Shown here one piece after another: positions 21,911 through 31,109 of a stretch of DNA of 64,000 bases. The translations under genes and the position numbers were made by a program. Under the pieces are notes generated by a model that was not told the DNA's origin, ran no database searches, and saw only the letters and a list, made by a program, of their open reading frames with translations. The DNA lies in NCBI GenBank assembly GCA_045537045.1, contig JAZSOS010000033.1, forward strand, positions 44,838 through 108,837, read 5' to 3'. The number at the start of each line of letters is the position of its first letter. The stretch's first letter is position 1. Source of the stretch: Eubacteriales bacterium (GTDB lineage Bacteria > Bacillota > Clostridia > Oscillospirales > JAAYXM01).

Positions 21911-22792
21911 ATGTTTAAAATAGCTCTTCTTGGCACGGAAAATTCCCACGCCCGTGCGTTTTGCAACCTCATTTACAAAGGCTGCGCACTTAACGGAAAT
22001 GTTCCGTATGCTGATTTTGAAGTAATTGGTCTCTGCGGCGACAGCGAAGAGGAAAACAAGCTCCTTCAGGAAATCACCGGTGGCAAAGCTGAGATTTCCG
22101 ACAACGGGGACAAGTGGGTTGACGAGGTTGATGCCGTTATGGTAACAGCCCGCCACGGCGGCAAGCACCTTTCATATGCAAAAAAGTACATAGAAGCAGG
22201 CAAACCTGCATTTATAGATAAGCCGATTACCATTGACCCGGAAGAAGCTCTTGAGCTTGCACGCATTGCAAAGAAGAACAACGTTCCTCTCTGCGGCGGT
22301 TCTTCCCTCGGTGTTATTGAAGATACACAGAAGATGAAAGCACTCCGTCTGGCTCAGGAAGAGCCCATCTTCGGCGGCAGTGTTTCTGCTCCCATCAATA
22401 TGAAAAACGACTGGGGCGATTTCTTCTTCTATTCCCAGCATCTCGTTCAGATTATGACAGAAGTTTTCGGTCATAATGTTGAATCCGTACTTGCAGTTGG
22501 CAGAGAAAATGCAGCAACGCTTATTGCCCGTTATCCGGATTATGACGTATCCGGTCACTATGGCACATACGGATACAGCGCAACAATCTATGCAAATAGT
22601 GAAACTCACCACCAGAGTCTTTCTCTTGCAAACGCATACGCCAATGAGTTCCACCGCTTCGAGCATATGGTGCGCACCGGCGGTATGCCTGAGACATATG
22701 AGGAGCTTATCACCCCCGTTTTCATCCTCAACGCTATCAAGGAATCCCTCGATACCGGCAAGGAAGTTAAGGTCGCAAAATTCGAGATATAA
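21911..22792 (+). CDS. Gfo/Idh/MocA family oxidoreductase
   Basis: LGTENSHA, FIDKP, YSQH. Confidence 0.8.
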   Translation: MFKIALLGTENSHARAFCNLIYKGCALNGNVPYADFEVIGLCGDSEEENKLLQEITGGKAEISDNGDKWVDEVDAVMVTARHGGKHLSYAKKYIEAGKPAFIDKPITIDPEEALELARIAKKNNVPLCGGSSLGVIEDTQKMKALRLAQEEPIFGGSVSAPINMKNDWGDFFFYSQHLVQIMTEVFGHNVESVLAVGRENAATLIARYPDYDVSGHYGTYGYSATIYANSETHHQSLSLANAYANEFHRFEHMVRTGGMPETYEELITPVFILNAIKESLDTGKEVKVAKFEI

Positions 22793-22804
22793 AGATTGAA
22801 ATCT

Positions 22805-22827
22805 CCCGCCTCCGCGGCGGGTTTTTT
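22805..22827 (+). terminator. intrinsic terminator
   Basis: CCCGCC-TCCGC-GGCGGG followed by T6. Confidence 0.7.
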
Positions 22828-22950
22828 ATCCTCTTTTTTGCGCACCAAAGCTTTTTTCCTATCCCTGCATTTTACTACTAAAACAACAAGCGATGCCGGG
22901 AAAGCCCTGCACCGCTTGTTGTTTTGAGGTATAATATAGATAGGGGGGGA

Positions 22951-25053
22951 TCAAAATCTGAAGAGGGTGAAGTTGCGGATAAGCGTTACAAGCGTGTTTG
23001 CAACGGTTGACATCATCTTTATGAAGATATCAAGCGCAACGCCTACAACGTCCTTTCTCGTATCACCCACGGTGTCACCGGTAACAGCCGCCTTGTGAGC
23101 TGCGCTGCCCTTGCCGTGACCCTGTATAGCACCGCTTTCAATGTACTTCTTCGCATTGTCAAACGCGCCGCCGGAGTTGCCCATAAAGAGTGCACGCGGA
23201 ATCGCACAAACCGTCGCACCGACGAGGAGACCGCCGACGAACTCAACGCCGAAGAGGAAGCCTCCCGCAATCGGGATGAGAAGAGCAAGGCATGACGGGA
23301 TAAGCATTTTACGAAGTGCCTGACGTGCCGCCATCTCAACACAGCGGTTATATTCCGGCTGTACGGTGCCTTCAAGCACACCGGGGATTGAAAGCTGACG
23401 GTCGCCCTCTTCTGCCATAAGGCGGGCAGACTCGATTGTGTTATCTGTAAGAAGAGCGGAGAAATATTCAACAAGCGCGCCGCCGATAATCGCACCGGCA
23501 ACAACGATAAAGCTTGCCATATTGAGAATCGGTGCTCCCGATGAATAATTTCCGACATATGCTGTGATAAGAGAAACCGTTGCAAATGCAGCAGAGCCGA
23601 TAGCAAAGCCCTTACCGATAGCCGCAGTTGTGTTACCGACAGAGTCAAGCTTGTCGGTAATTACGCGAACCTCAGGTGCAAGGTGACAGGATTCTGCAAG
23701 GCCGCCAGCGTTATCTGCGATGGGACCGAATGCGTCAATTGAAACTGTTGCGCCGACGAATGCAAGCATACCGAGCGCGGAAATCGCGATACCGTATGTG
23801 CCGCAGAAGATACCTGCAAGAACAAGCGCAACACCGATAAGAAGAATCGGCGCAAGGCATGAGCGTGAGCCGACAGCGTCGCCCTTTGTGATGACGAAAC
23901 TCTCGCCGTCCTTTGCCATCTCTGCAAGCTGCTGTGTGGGCTTGAAATCAGCAGATGTATAATACTCTGTGATTGTTCCGATTGCAATACCGCAGACGAT
24001 ACCCAGAACGCTTGATATCCACGGACTGAGCCAACCAAAGCGGAAATCTGCAATTTCAATATCCTTGAAGATAACATAAGATGCAACAAGACCGATGATT
24101 ATTGTGAGACCTGCAGAAATCCATGTTGCGAGGTTAAGCTCACGCGAGGGGTTATCTCCCATCTTTCGGATTGCCGCAAAGCCGAGACCAAAAAGACATC
24201 CGAGAAGCCCGCCGCCAGCGAGGATTATCGGGAAAATTGCGGTAGCAGAGAAAATTGCATCACCGAGCGGTGCAAAGTTTGAAACAGCAATCATAATGGC
24301 CGCCGCCATTGTTGCAACAAAGCTCTCAAGAAGGTCAGAGCAGTTACCTGCAATGTCGTTTACATTATCGCCGATAAAGTCAGCCACAACGTTCGGAACG
24401 CGGCTGTCATCCTCCGGCATATCGTGGCGGATTTTTGCAAGGATATCTGCCGAGATATCAGCTGCCTTTGTGTAGTTACCACCCGCAACGCGGTTGAACA
24501 TGGCAACAACAGAGCAACCGAGCGAGTAAGTGGAAATTCTCATAATCGACGGGTTGCAGGAAATGTTTGCAAGAAAACCGGTGCCGGTGGCATCAGCGTC
24601 AACGCCGCCCCACATAAGAAGAACAGAGACAAGGCCGAACATACCGAAAGCCTGAACAGCAAGACCGGAGATGCTTCCTCCACAGAGCGCAACCTTTACC
24701 GTCTCCCCGATGGAAAGGGATTCGCGCGCACGGTTCGCCGTGCGAACGTTTGCATATGTAGCACTTCTCATGCCGAGCACGCACACAATACTGCTCATTG
24801 CAGCACCCATAATGAAGGTGATACCGCTTGTCTTTTCAATAAAGAGAGAAAAGACAAGTGCGACGAGAACAACCACGATGGAGATGGTTTTATACTCCGT
24901 CTTCATAAACGTGGACGAACCGCTGCGGATGATAGCCGCCATCTCAGCCATCTCGGCTGTGCCTTCATTCATCTTGCGTATACGAACATAGTTAAACGCA
25001 ACGTAGCAGAAGGTTAAAACGATTACTGCGAGGACTATTACATAGGGTGACAT
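22951..25053 (-). CDS. hppA: membrane-bound cation-translocating pyrophosphatase (divergent)
   Basis: GGNYTKAAD, PEDD, GDNV, EYYT, DAFGPIADNAGG, GNTTAAIGKG, DNAKKYIE, GDTVGD. Confidence 0.92.
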   Translation of the reverse strand: MSPYVIVLAVIVLTFCYVAFNYVRIRKMNEGTAEMAEMAAIIRSGSSTFMKTEYKTISIVVVLVALVFSLFIEKTSGITFIMGAAMSSIVCVLGMRSATYANVRTANRARESLSIGETVKVALCGGSISGLAVQAFGMFGLVSVLLMWGGVDADATGTGFLANISCNPSIMRISTYSLGCSVVAMFNRVAGGNYTKAADISADILAKIRHDMPEDDSRVPNVVADFIGDNVNDIAGNCSDLLESFVATMAAAIMIAVSNFAPLGDAIFSATAIFPIILAGGGLLGCLFGLGFAAIRKMGDNPSRELNLATWISAGLTIIIGLVASYVIFKDIEIADFRFGWLSPWISSVLGIVCGIAIGTITEYYTSADFKPTQQLAEMAKDGESFVITKGDAVGSRSCLAPILLIGVALVLAGIFCGTYGIAISALGMLAFVGATVSIDAFGPIADNAGGLAESCHLAPEVRVITDKLDSVGNTTAAIGKGFAIGSAAFATVSLITAYVGNYSSGAPILNMASFIVVAGAIIGGALVEYFSALLTDNTIESARLMAEEGDRQLSIPGVLEGTVQPEYNRCVEMAARQALRKMLIPSCLALLIPIAGGFLFGVEFVGGLLVGATVCAIPRALFMGNSGGAFDNAKKYIESGAIQGHGKGSAAHKAAVTGDTVGDTRKDVVGVALDIFIKMMSTVANTLVTLIRNFTLFRF

Positions 25054-25124
25054 AGCCTTTGCCTCCTGATTAAATTTAATATATGTATATTCCGCAAAAA
25101 TGGAAATATTACATTTTCTGATAT

Positions 25125-25217
25125 ATTATACAATAAAGTTACCAAAAACGCAATAATTGTTAAAAAATAAACATCTTTCGTTAAAAAATAGACAATTTAT
25201 TGATAAATACTTAACAA
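25125..25217 (-). promoter_or_regulatory. hppA promoter with three tandem Rex-like palindromes upstream
   Basis: Minus-strand TTGCGT-17-TATAAT (25153-25125); 18-mers at 25157, 25178 and 25200 resembling TTGTTAA-N4-TTAACAA. Confidence 0.45.
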
Positions 25218-25362
25218 AAAACGAACCTCCTCTTATGAGGAAAGCCGTATCCCCAAAAGAAAAAGTAAATCCGCAGAGGCAGCGCCTTCTCTTTTGCCGG
25301 AGAGAGCGCTGTTTTACTTGTTACGTTGATAGAAACTTTTTCAAAAAACCTCAAAAAAACAC

Positions 25363-25391
25363 TTGACAAACCCCGCTAAATAGCGTATAAT
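25363..25391 (+). promoter_or_regulatory. consensus sigma-A promoter of tRNA-Val
   Basis: TTGACA-17-TATAAT. Confidence 0.8.
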
Positions 25392-25411
25392 GGTTTAGCA
25401 TTTAGACGAAT

Positions 25412-25487
25412 GGACGATTAGCTCAGCTGGTAGAGCATCTGCTTGACGTGCAGAGGGTCAGCGGTTCGAGTCCGTTATCGTCCACCA
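25412..25487 (+). tRNA. tRNA-Val (GAC)
   Basis: GGACGAT/ATCGTCC acceptor stem, D arm GCTCAGCTGGTAGAGC, anticodon loop TTGACGT, T loop GTTCGAG, encoded CCA. Confidence 0.97.
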
Positions 25488-25526
25488 GAAAAAGCACCGA
25501 TTTTGATATAAAATCGGTGCTTTTTC
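25488..25526 (+). terminator. intrinsic terminator after tRNA
   Basis: GAAAAAGCACCGATTTT-GATAT-AAAATCGGTGCTTTTTC perfect 17-bp inverted repeat. Confidence 0.8.
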
Positions 25527-25527
25527 A

Positions 25528-25679
25528 ATGAAATACGCCTTACTGCGTGTGAAATAATACTGCCGCATTGTGAAATAGCTTTGCTGTGAAATATCTGCTT
25601 CGCAAATGTTTAAGGCATATTTTATTTCACAAAAGGCATCAGGTTTCTATTTCACATCGAGCAAAGCGAAATATTTCAC
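25528..25679. repeat. nested GTGAAATA / TATTTCAC repeat element
   Basis: (G/A)TGAAATA at 25528, 25549, 25570 and 25586; TATTTCAC at 25623, 25648 and 25672. Confidence 0.75.
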
Positions 25680-25709
25680 CAAAGACACTCGTTTCAAATC
25701 AACTGCCCC

Positions 25710-25738
25710 TTGACAAATTACATATTATATATTATAAT
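25710..25738 (+). promoter_or_regulatory. consensus sigma-A promoter of uraA
   Basis: TTGACA-17-TATAAT. Confidence 0.75.
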
Positions 25739-25765
25739 TTTTGACAGAATACGACGCGAGAGGAC

Positions 25766-25858
25766 ACCTTTAAAATCGGTACGGAGATACCGACAAGGTT
25801 TACGCTGTATCACGTGGGTCTTTACAACGCCTTGCCGGTTTCCGGTGAGGCGTTTTTT
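25766..25858 (+). promoter_or_regulatory. PyrR-binding attenuator leader
   Basis: ACCTTTAA-AATCGGTACGGAGATACCGA-CAAGGT resembles the PyrR binding loop; terminator ACGCCTTGCCGG-TTT-CCGGTGAGGCGT-TTTTT lies upstream of the uracil permease. Confidence 0.7.
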
Positions 25859-25885
25859 GCGTCAAAAAACGGAGGAGAAAAGAAA

Positions 25886-27256
25886 ATGAAAATGATTTTC
25901 GACGTAGAATCAAAACCCAAGTTCGGCCAGCTTATCATCTTTGCGATTCAGCAGATGCTCGCAATTATGGCAGCCACGATCGCCGTGCCGATGATCATCG
26001 GCAATGGAATGTCCACAGCTGCTGCTATGTTCGGCGCAGGTGTCGGAACAATTGTTTACCTGCTGTTCACCAAGTTCAAAAGCCCGGTATTCCTCGGCTC
26101 GTCCTTTGCGTTTATCGGCCCGATGCTTGCAGCGTTTGCCGGCGGCGTTTCAATGGCGCTCGGCTATCTCGGCCTTATCATCGGCGCAGCAATGGCAGGT
26201 CTTGTTTATGTTATCATCGCAGCTGTTATAAAGCTTGCAGGCGTTAACTGGATCAACAAGCTTATGCCGCCGGTCGTTATCGGCCCGACGGTTGCTCTCA
26301 TCGGTCTTTCCCTTGCAGGTGCGGCTATCAACGACGTATTCTCTTACGGCGCACAGGACGGTAACGGTGCGTTCATTATGACAGGTGGCATCTGGGCATC
26401 TCTCATTTGCGCACTCATCACATTCGCAGTAGTTTGCATCTGCTCGGTTTACGGCAAGAAGATGGCTCGCCTCATCCCGTTCATCATCGGTATTCTTGCA
26501 GGTTATGCAGTTGCGGCTGTATTTACCGTTATCGGCAATTACGCAGGCATTGACGCTCTCAAGGTTATTGACTTTAGCGTATTCTCAAGCTATATGCTTG
26601 CAGACGGCGGGGTTTCTCTCAACACCTTCTTAAGCCTTCCGGATTTCACTTTCCTCACGGCAATCGACGGTGTTGCAGAGCTTAATGCACAGTATCTTGC
26701 CACACTCTTTGTTGCATATGTTCCGGTTGCTTTCGTTGTTTTCGCTGAGCATATTGCAGACCACAAGAACCTCTCAAGCATCATCGAGCGCGACCTTCTC
26801 ACCCAGCCGGGTCTTCACAGAACGCTTCTCGGTGACGGCGTTGGCTCTATGGTTGGCGCAATCTTCGGAGGTTGCCCGAACACAACATACGGTGAGAGCG
26901 TTGGCTGCGTTGCTATCACAAAGAACGCATCTGTACGAACAATCCTCGTTGCAGCTATTGGTTGTATCCTTCTTTCGTTCATCACCCCGCTTGTTGCATT
27001 CGTTGACTCTATCCCGGGTTGCGTAATGGGCGGCGTCTGCATCACGCTTTACGGCTTTATCGCAGTTTCCGGTCTTAAGATGATTCAGAAGGTTGACCTT
27101 GAAGACAACTCAAATCTCTTCACCGTTGCAGCTATCCTCATCCCCGGTATCGGCGGTATGGCAATGACTATCGGCAAGGTAACGATTACAACAATCGCTT
27201 GCGCACTTATCCTCGGTATCCTTACAAACATAATGCTTTCAAAGAAAAAGGATTAA
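25886..27256 (+). CDS. uraA: uracil/xanthine permease (NCS2 family)
   Basis: LGSSFAF, PPVVIGP, EHIADH, NTTYGESVG; PyrR leader. Confidence 0.9.
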   Translation: MKMIFDVESKPKFGQLIIFAIQQMLAIMAATIAVPMIIGNGMSTAAAMFGAGVGTIVYLLFTKFKSPVFLGSSFAFIGPMLAAFAGGVSMALGYLGLIIGAAMAGLVYVIIAAVIKLAGVNWINKLMPPVVIGPTVALIGLSLAGAAINDVFSYGAQDGNGAFIMTGGIWASLICALITFAVVCICSVYGKKMARLIPFIIGILAGYAVAAVFTVIGNYAGIDALKVIDFSVFSSYMLADGGVSLNTFLSLPDFTFLTAIDGVAELNAQYLATLFVAYVPVAFVVFAEHIADHKNLSSIIERDLLTQPGLHRTLLGDGVGSMVGAIFGGCPNTTYGESVGCVAITKNASVRTILVAAIGCILLSFITPLVAFVDSIPGCVMGGVCITLYGFIAVSGLKMIQKVDLEDNSNLFTVAAILIPGIGGMAMTIGKVTITTIACALILGILTNIMLSKKKD

Positions 27257-27272
27257 ATCCCTACGATTTACA

Positions 27273-27447
27273 AACCTCCCGCCTGACGGCGGGAGGTTGT
27301 TGTTTTTTAAGGAAGAGAATAATATCCCAAATCAGAATTCCCCCGCAGAAGCGGGGGAATTGTCGTTTCTGAGCAGATTCCCGTCATTCTGCCGGGGTAG
27401 CAGGAGGATTTATTACGCAAAAATACCCCGCCGATGGCGGGGTGTTT
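27273..27447. repeat. cluster of GC-rich REP-like hairpins between convergent uraA and gdhA
   Basis: AACCTCCCGCC/GGCGGGAGGTT (27273-27298), AATTCCCCCGC/GCGGGGGAATT (27336-27361), AAATACCCCGCC/GGCGGGGTGTTT (27421-27447). Confidence 0.65.
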
Positions 27448-27456
27448 GCATTCCAA

Positions 27457-28803
27457 TTAATATACGCCTTCTGCGAGCATTGCCTCTGCAACCTTCTTAA
27501 AGCCGGCGATGTTAGCACCTGCGATAAGGTCATAGCCGAGACCGACTTCCTCTGCAGCCTTTGCGGAGTTGTCGTGGATGTTCTTCATAATGAGGTGAAG
27601 CTTTGCATCAACCTCTTCCGGCTCCCAGTTGTAACGCATGGAGTTCTGAGCCATTTCAAGAGCGGATGTTGCGACACCGCCTGCATTAACAGCCTTTGAC
27701 GGAGCAACAATCTTAACGTTCTTCTTAAGATACTCAATAGCCTCGTTTGTTGTCGGCATATTTGCAACCTCGATGTAATACTCAACACCGTTTGCTGCAA
27801 TCTGCTCTGCTTCCTTCATGCCAATTTCGTTCTGGTATGCGCACGGCATGCAGATGTCAACCTTCTCGCCCCATACCTTTTCACCCGGAACAAACTTGCA
27901 GCCGAACTTGTCTGCATAGTCCTGAGCGCGATCGCGGCCTGAAGAACGCATCTCGAGGAGGAAATTAATCTTCTCTTCTGTTACGATGCCGTCCGGATCA
28001 TAGCAGTAGCCGTCCGGGCCGGAGATTGTAACAACCTTACCGCCGAGCTGTGCGACCTTCTCGCAAACGCCCCATGCAACGTTACCGAATCCGGAGACTG
28101 CAACGGTCTTACCCTTTATTGTATCACCGAAATGCTTGAGAACTTCTTCAAGGTAGTAAACAGCACCGTAGCCTGTTGCTTCCGGACGGAAGTAGGATCC
28201 GCCGTATGTAAGACCCTTACCTGTGAGAACGCCGTTCTCCCAGCAAGCCTTGATTCTCTTGTACTGACCGAAGAGGTAACCCACCTCACGTGCGCCAACG
28301 CCGATATCGCCTGCCGGAACGTCAACGTCCGGACCAATGTGACGGTAAAGCTCTGTCATAAATGCCTGGCAGAAGCGAAGGATTTCGGAATCAGACTTGC
28401 CGCGCGGGTCAAAGTCCGAGCCGCCCTTACCACCGCCGATCGGAAGACCGGTGAGGCTGTTCTTAAATGTCTGCTCAAAAGCAAGAAACTTCATTGTGTC
28501 GATAGTTACGGACGGGTGGAAGCGAAGTCCTCCCTTGTACGGGCCGATTGCGCCGTTGAACTGGACGCGGTAACCGCGGTTTGTGTGATAATTGCCGTTG
28601 TCATCTTCCCATGTAACGCGGAAAGAAATCTGACGATCCGGCTCACAAAGTCTTTCAAGAAGACCTGCCTTTTCGTATTCCGGATGCTGTGCAACGATAG
28701 GCTCGATGCTTGCAAAAACCTCTTCTACCGTCTGGATAAAGAGGGTTTCGCCCTTGTTGCGTGCCTTGACCTCGTCAAGGACTCTTTGCATATAAGGTGT
28801 CAT
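27457..28803 (-). CDS. gdhA: glutamate dehydrogenase (NADP-type GdhA family), copy 1
   Basis: [48 protein letters not shown]. Confidence 0.95.
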   Translation of the reverse strand: MTPYMQRVLDEVKARNKGETLFIQTVEEVFASIEPIVAQHPEYEKAGLLERLCEPDRQISFRVTWEDDNGNYHTNRGYRVQFNGAIGPYKGGLRFHPSVTIDTMKFLAFEQTFKNSLTGLPIGGGKGGSDFDPRGKSDSEILRFCQAFMTELYRHIGPDVDVPAGDIGVGAREVGYLFGQYKRIKACWENGVLTGKGLTYGGSYFRPEATGYGAVYYLEEVLKHFGDTIKGKTVAVSGFGNVAWGVCEKVAQLGGKVVTISGPDGYCYDPDGIVTEEKINFLLEMRSSGRDRAQDYADKFGCKFVPGEKVWGEKVDICMPCAYQNEIGMKEAEQIAANGVEYYIEVANMPTTNEAIEYLKKNVKIVAPSKAVNAGGVATSALEMAQNSMRYNWEPEEVDAKLHLIMKNIHDNSAKAAEEVGLGYDLIAGANIAGFKKVAEAMLAEGVY

Positions 28804-29103
28804 GCTTGTTTCCTCCATTTTCTGTTATTTTTCTACTGTTTAATTATACTCTCTTGAGCAATAATGTCAAGTAAATTCGGCAAAAAAACAAAAAAATACA
28901 CAAGCCATGCAAAAAAATCCTCCTGCAAACTTTTAACAAGCAATATCGTATGAATCCCGCGCAATTTTGTACTTTTCTGTGTTTATTCCGTAACAAAATC
29001 ACATTTTTCTTTCTATGCAAAGCTCTCAATAATATATCTTGCAAAAATTACCTGTTTTATGGTATACTAAAATAGTATAATAATTGAAAAGAGGCATGAA
29101 GCT

Positions 29104-31044
29104 ATGGAGCAGAAAAAATTTTATATCACCACTGCCATTGCTTACACATCACGCAAGCCACATATAGGCAACACATATGAGGTTGTCCTCACCGATGCCA
29201 TCGCGCGCTTCAGGCGCCGTATGGGTTATGATGTGTTTTTCCTTACCGGAACTGATGAGCATGGGCAGAAGATTGAGGATATCGCAAAGGAAACCGGTGT
29301 AACACCTAAGGAGTATGTTGACGGTGTTGCCGGTGAAATCAGAAATATCTGGGATATGATGAACTCAAGCTATGACAAGTTCATCCGCACAACGGACAAA
29401 GAGCACGTCGAAACCGTTCAGAAAATTTTCAAAAAGCTCTATGACCAGGGCGATATATACAAGGGCGAATACGAGGGCTGGTACTGTGTACCGTGCGAGT
29501 CCTTTTTCACCGACACGCAGGTTGAAGGCGGCGTTTGCCCTGACTGCGGACGACCGGTAAAGAAAACCAATGAGGAAGCATACTTTTTCAGAATGAGTAA
29601 ATACCAGGATGCTTTGATGAAGCATATCAAGGAAAACCCGGACTTCATCCAGCCTGAAAGCCGAAAGCGCGAAATGGTGAACAACTTCTTAAAGCCGGGG
29701 CTTCAGGACCTGTGCGTCTCCCGCTCATCATTCAAGTGGGGTGTTCCCGTAACGTTTGATGACAAGCACGTTATCTACGTCTGGATTGACGCGCTTTCAA
29801 ACTACATCACCGCCCTCGGATATTCTCCTGACGGCTCCGGTGAGCTTTACAACAAATACTGGCCGGCAGATGTCCACATCATCGGAAAGGACATTCTCCG
29901 CTTCCACACAATCTACTGGCCGATTATGCTTATGGCACTGGGTGAGCCACTTCCGAAAAAGGTTTTCGGTCACCCGTGGCTTCTTTTCGGAACGGATAAG
30001 ATGAGCAAATCACGTGGCAATGTTATCTATGCAGATGACCTTGTACGCCACTTCGGTGTTGACGCGGTGCGTTACTATGTCCTCCGCGAAATGCCTTTTG
30101 CTCAGGACGGAACAATCACTTACGAAACAATTATCGCGCGCTTTAACGCAGACCTTGCAAACACGCTCGGAAACCTCGTCAACCGCACGGTTGCGATGGC
30201 TAACAAATATTTCGGCGGCACGGTCTCTCACACCGGCGTCACCGACACGATGGATGCAGACCTTATAGACTGCGCAATAAAATGCCGCGATGCTGTTGCA
30301 GAAAGGATGGAGGAATACCGCGTTGCGGACGCCCTTGAGGAAATTATCTCCCTTGCGCGCCGCAGCAACAAATACATCGACGAGACAGCACCGTGGGCGC
30401 TTGCAAAGGACGAGGAGAAGAAAGAAAGACTTTCAACCGTTCTCTTTAACCTTCTCGAATCCATCCGCTTTATCGGAACGCTTATTTACCCGTTCATGCC
30501 GGAAACCGCAGAAAAAATCATCGCTCAGTGCGGAGCGAAAGCATCCGATGTCGCATCCCTTTCCGAGTTTGCACAGAGCGGAAGCATAACCGCAGGCGAG
30601 GCAGAAGTTCTCTTCGCAAGAATTGATGAAGCAAAGAAGCTTGCAGAACTTAATGCCGAGATGGAAGCTTCAATGGCAGCAGCTGCAGCGGCAAATGAGC
30701 CGGAAGAAGAAAAAACACCGGAAATTTCTATTGATGATTTCGACAAGGTTGAACTTCGCGTTGTGAAAATCCTTGAATGTGAGCCGGTAAAGAAGTCTGA
30801 CAAGCTTCTGCGCCTTATCGTTGATGACGGCGAGGGACAGCGCCAGATTGTCTCCGGCATCGCACAGCAGTATACCCCCGATGAGCTTATCGGCAAAAAG
30901 GTAATCCTTGTTGCTAACCTCGCGCCCGCAAAGCTTCGCGGCGTTGAAAGCCACGGTATGCTTCTCGCGGCAGACCTTCCCGACGGCGGCTGCAAGGTCA
31001 TCTTTGCAGATGATGCAATCCCCGCAGGAGCCGCGATTCATTAA
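29104..31044 (+). CDS. metG: methionine--tRNA ligase
   Basis: HIGN, GTDEHG, YVWIDAL, GKDI, KMSKS, C-terminal tRNA-binding domain. Confidence 0.97.
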   Translation: MEQKKFYITTAIAYTSRKPHIGNTYEVVLTDAIARFRRRMGYDVFFLTGTDEHGQKIEDIAKETGVTPKEYVDGVAGEIRNIWDMMNSSYDKFIRTTDKEHVETVQKIFKKLYDQGDIYKGEYEGWYCVPCESFFTDTQVEGGVCPDCGRPVKKTNEEAYFFRMSKYQDALMKHIKENPDFIQPESRKREMVNNFLKPGLQDLCVSRSSFKWGVPVTFDDKHVIYVWIDALSNYITALGYSPDGSGELYNKYWPADVHIIGKDILRFHTIYWPIMLMALGEPLPKKVFGHPWLLFGTDKMSKSRGNVIYADDLVRHFGVDAVRYYVLREMPFAQDGTITYETIIARFNADLANTLGNLVNRTVAMANKYFGGTVSHTGVTDTMDADLIDCAIKCRDAVAERMEEYRVADALEEIISLARRSNKYIDETAPWALAKDEEKKERLSTVLFNLLESIRFIGTLIYPFMPETAEKIIAQCGAKASDVASLSEFAQSGSITAGEAEVLFARIDEAKKLAELNAEMEASMAAAAAANEPEEEKTPEISIDDFDKVELRVVKILECEPVKKSDKLLRLIVDDGEGQRQIVSGIAQQYTPDELIGKKVILVANLAPAKLRGVESHGMLLAADLPDGGCKVIFADDAIPAGAAIH

Positions 31045-31063
31045 GAAATAACGCAATTGCAAC

Positions 31064-31101
31064 ATCCCCCGTGAGGCGGAACTCTCCGCTTCACGGGGGA
31101 T
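31064..31101. terminator. bidirectional terminator hairpin
   Basis: ATCCCCCGTGAGGCGGA...TCCGCTTCACGGGGGAT. Confidence 0.7.
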
Positions 31102-31109
31102 TAATTTTT

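Noticed and set aside
25528-25679. CRISPR array interpretation of the GTGAAATA repeats
   Set aside because: Repeats are 8 bp, spacers 8-17 bp, orientation flips midway, and no cas genes are present.
25412-25700. tRNA-Val as integration site of a genomic island
   Set aside because: No integrase follows and I saw no duplicated tRNA 3' end in the window.
28132-28857. 241-aa ORF antisense to gdhA, and similar antisense ORFs over uxuB, hppA, tyrS and rnfC
   Set aside because: Antisense open frames are expected from the codon bias of well-expressed genes; no independent support.
29045-29103. T-box leaders before metG and tyrS; LexA box before uvrB
   Set aside because: The leaders are too short and I saw no T-box or GAAC-N4-GTTC consensus.
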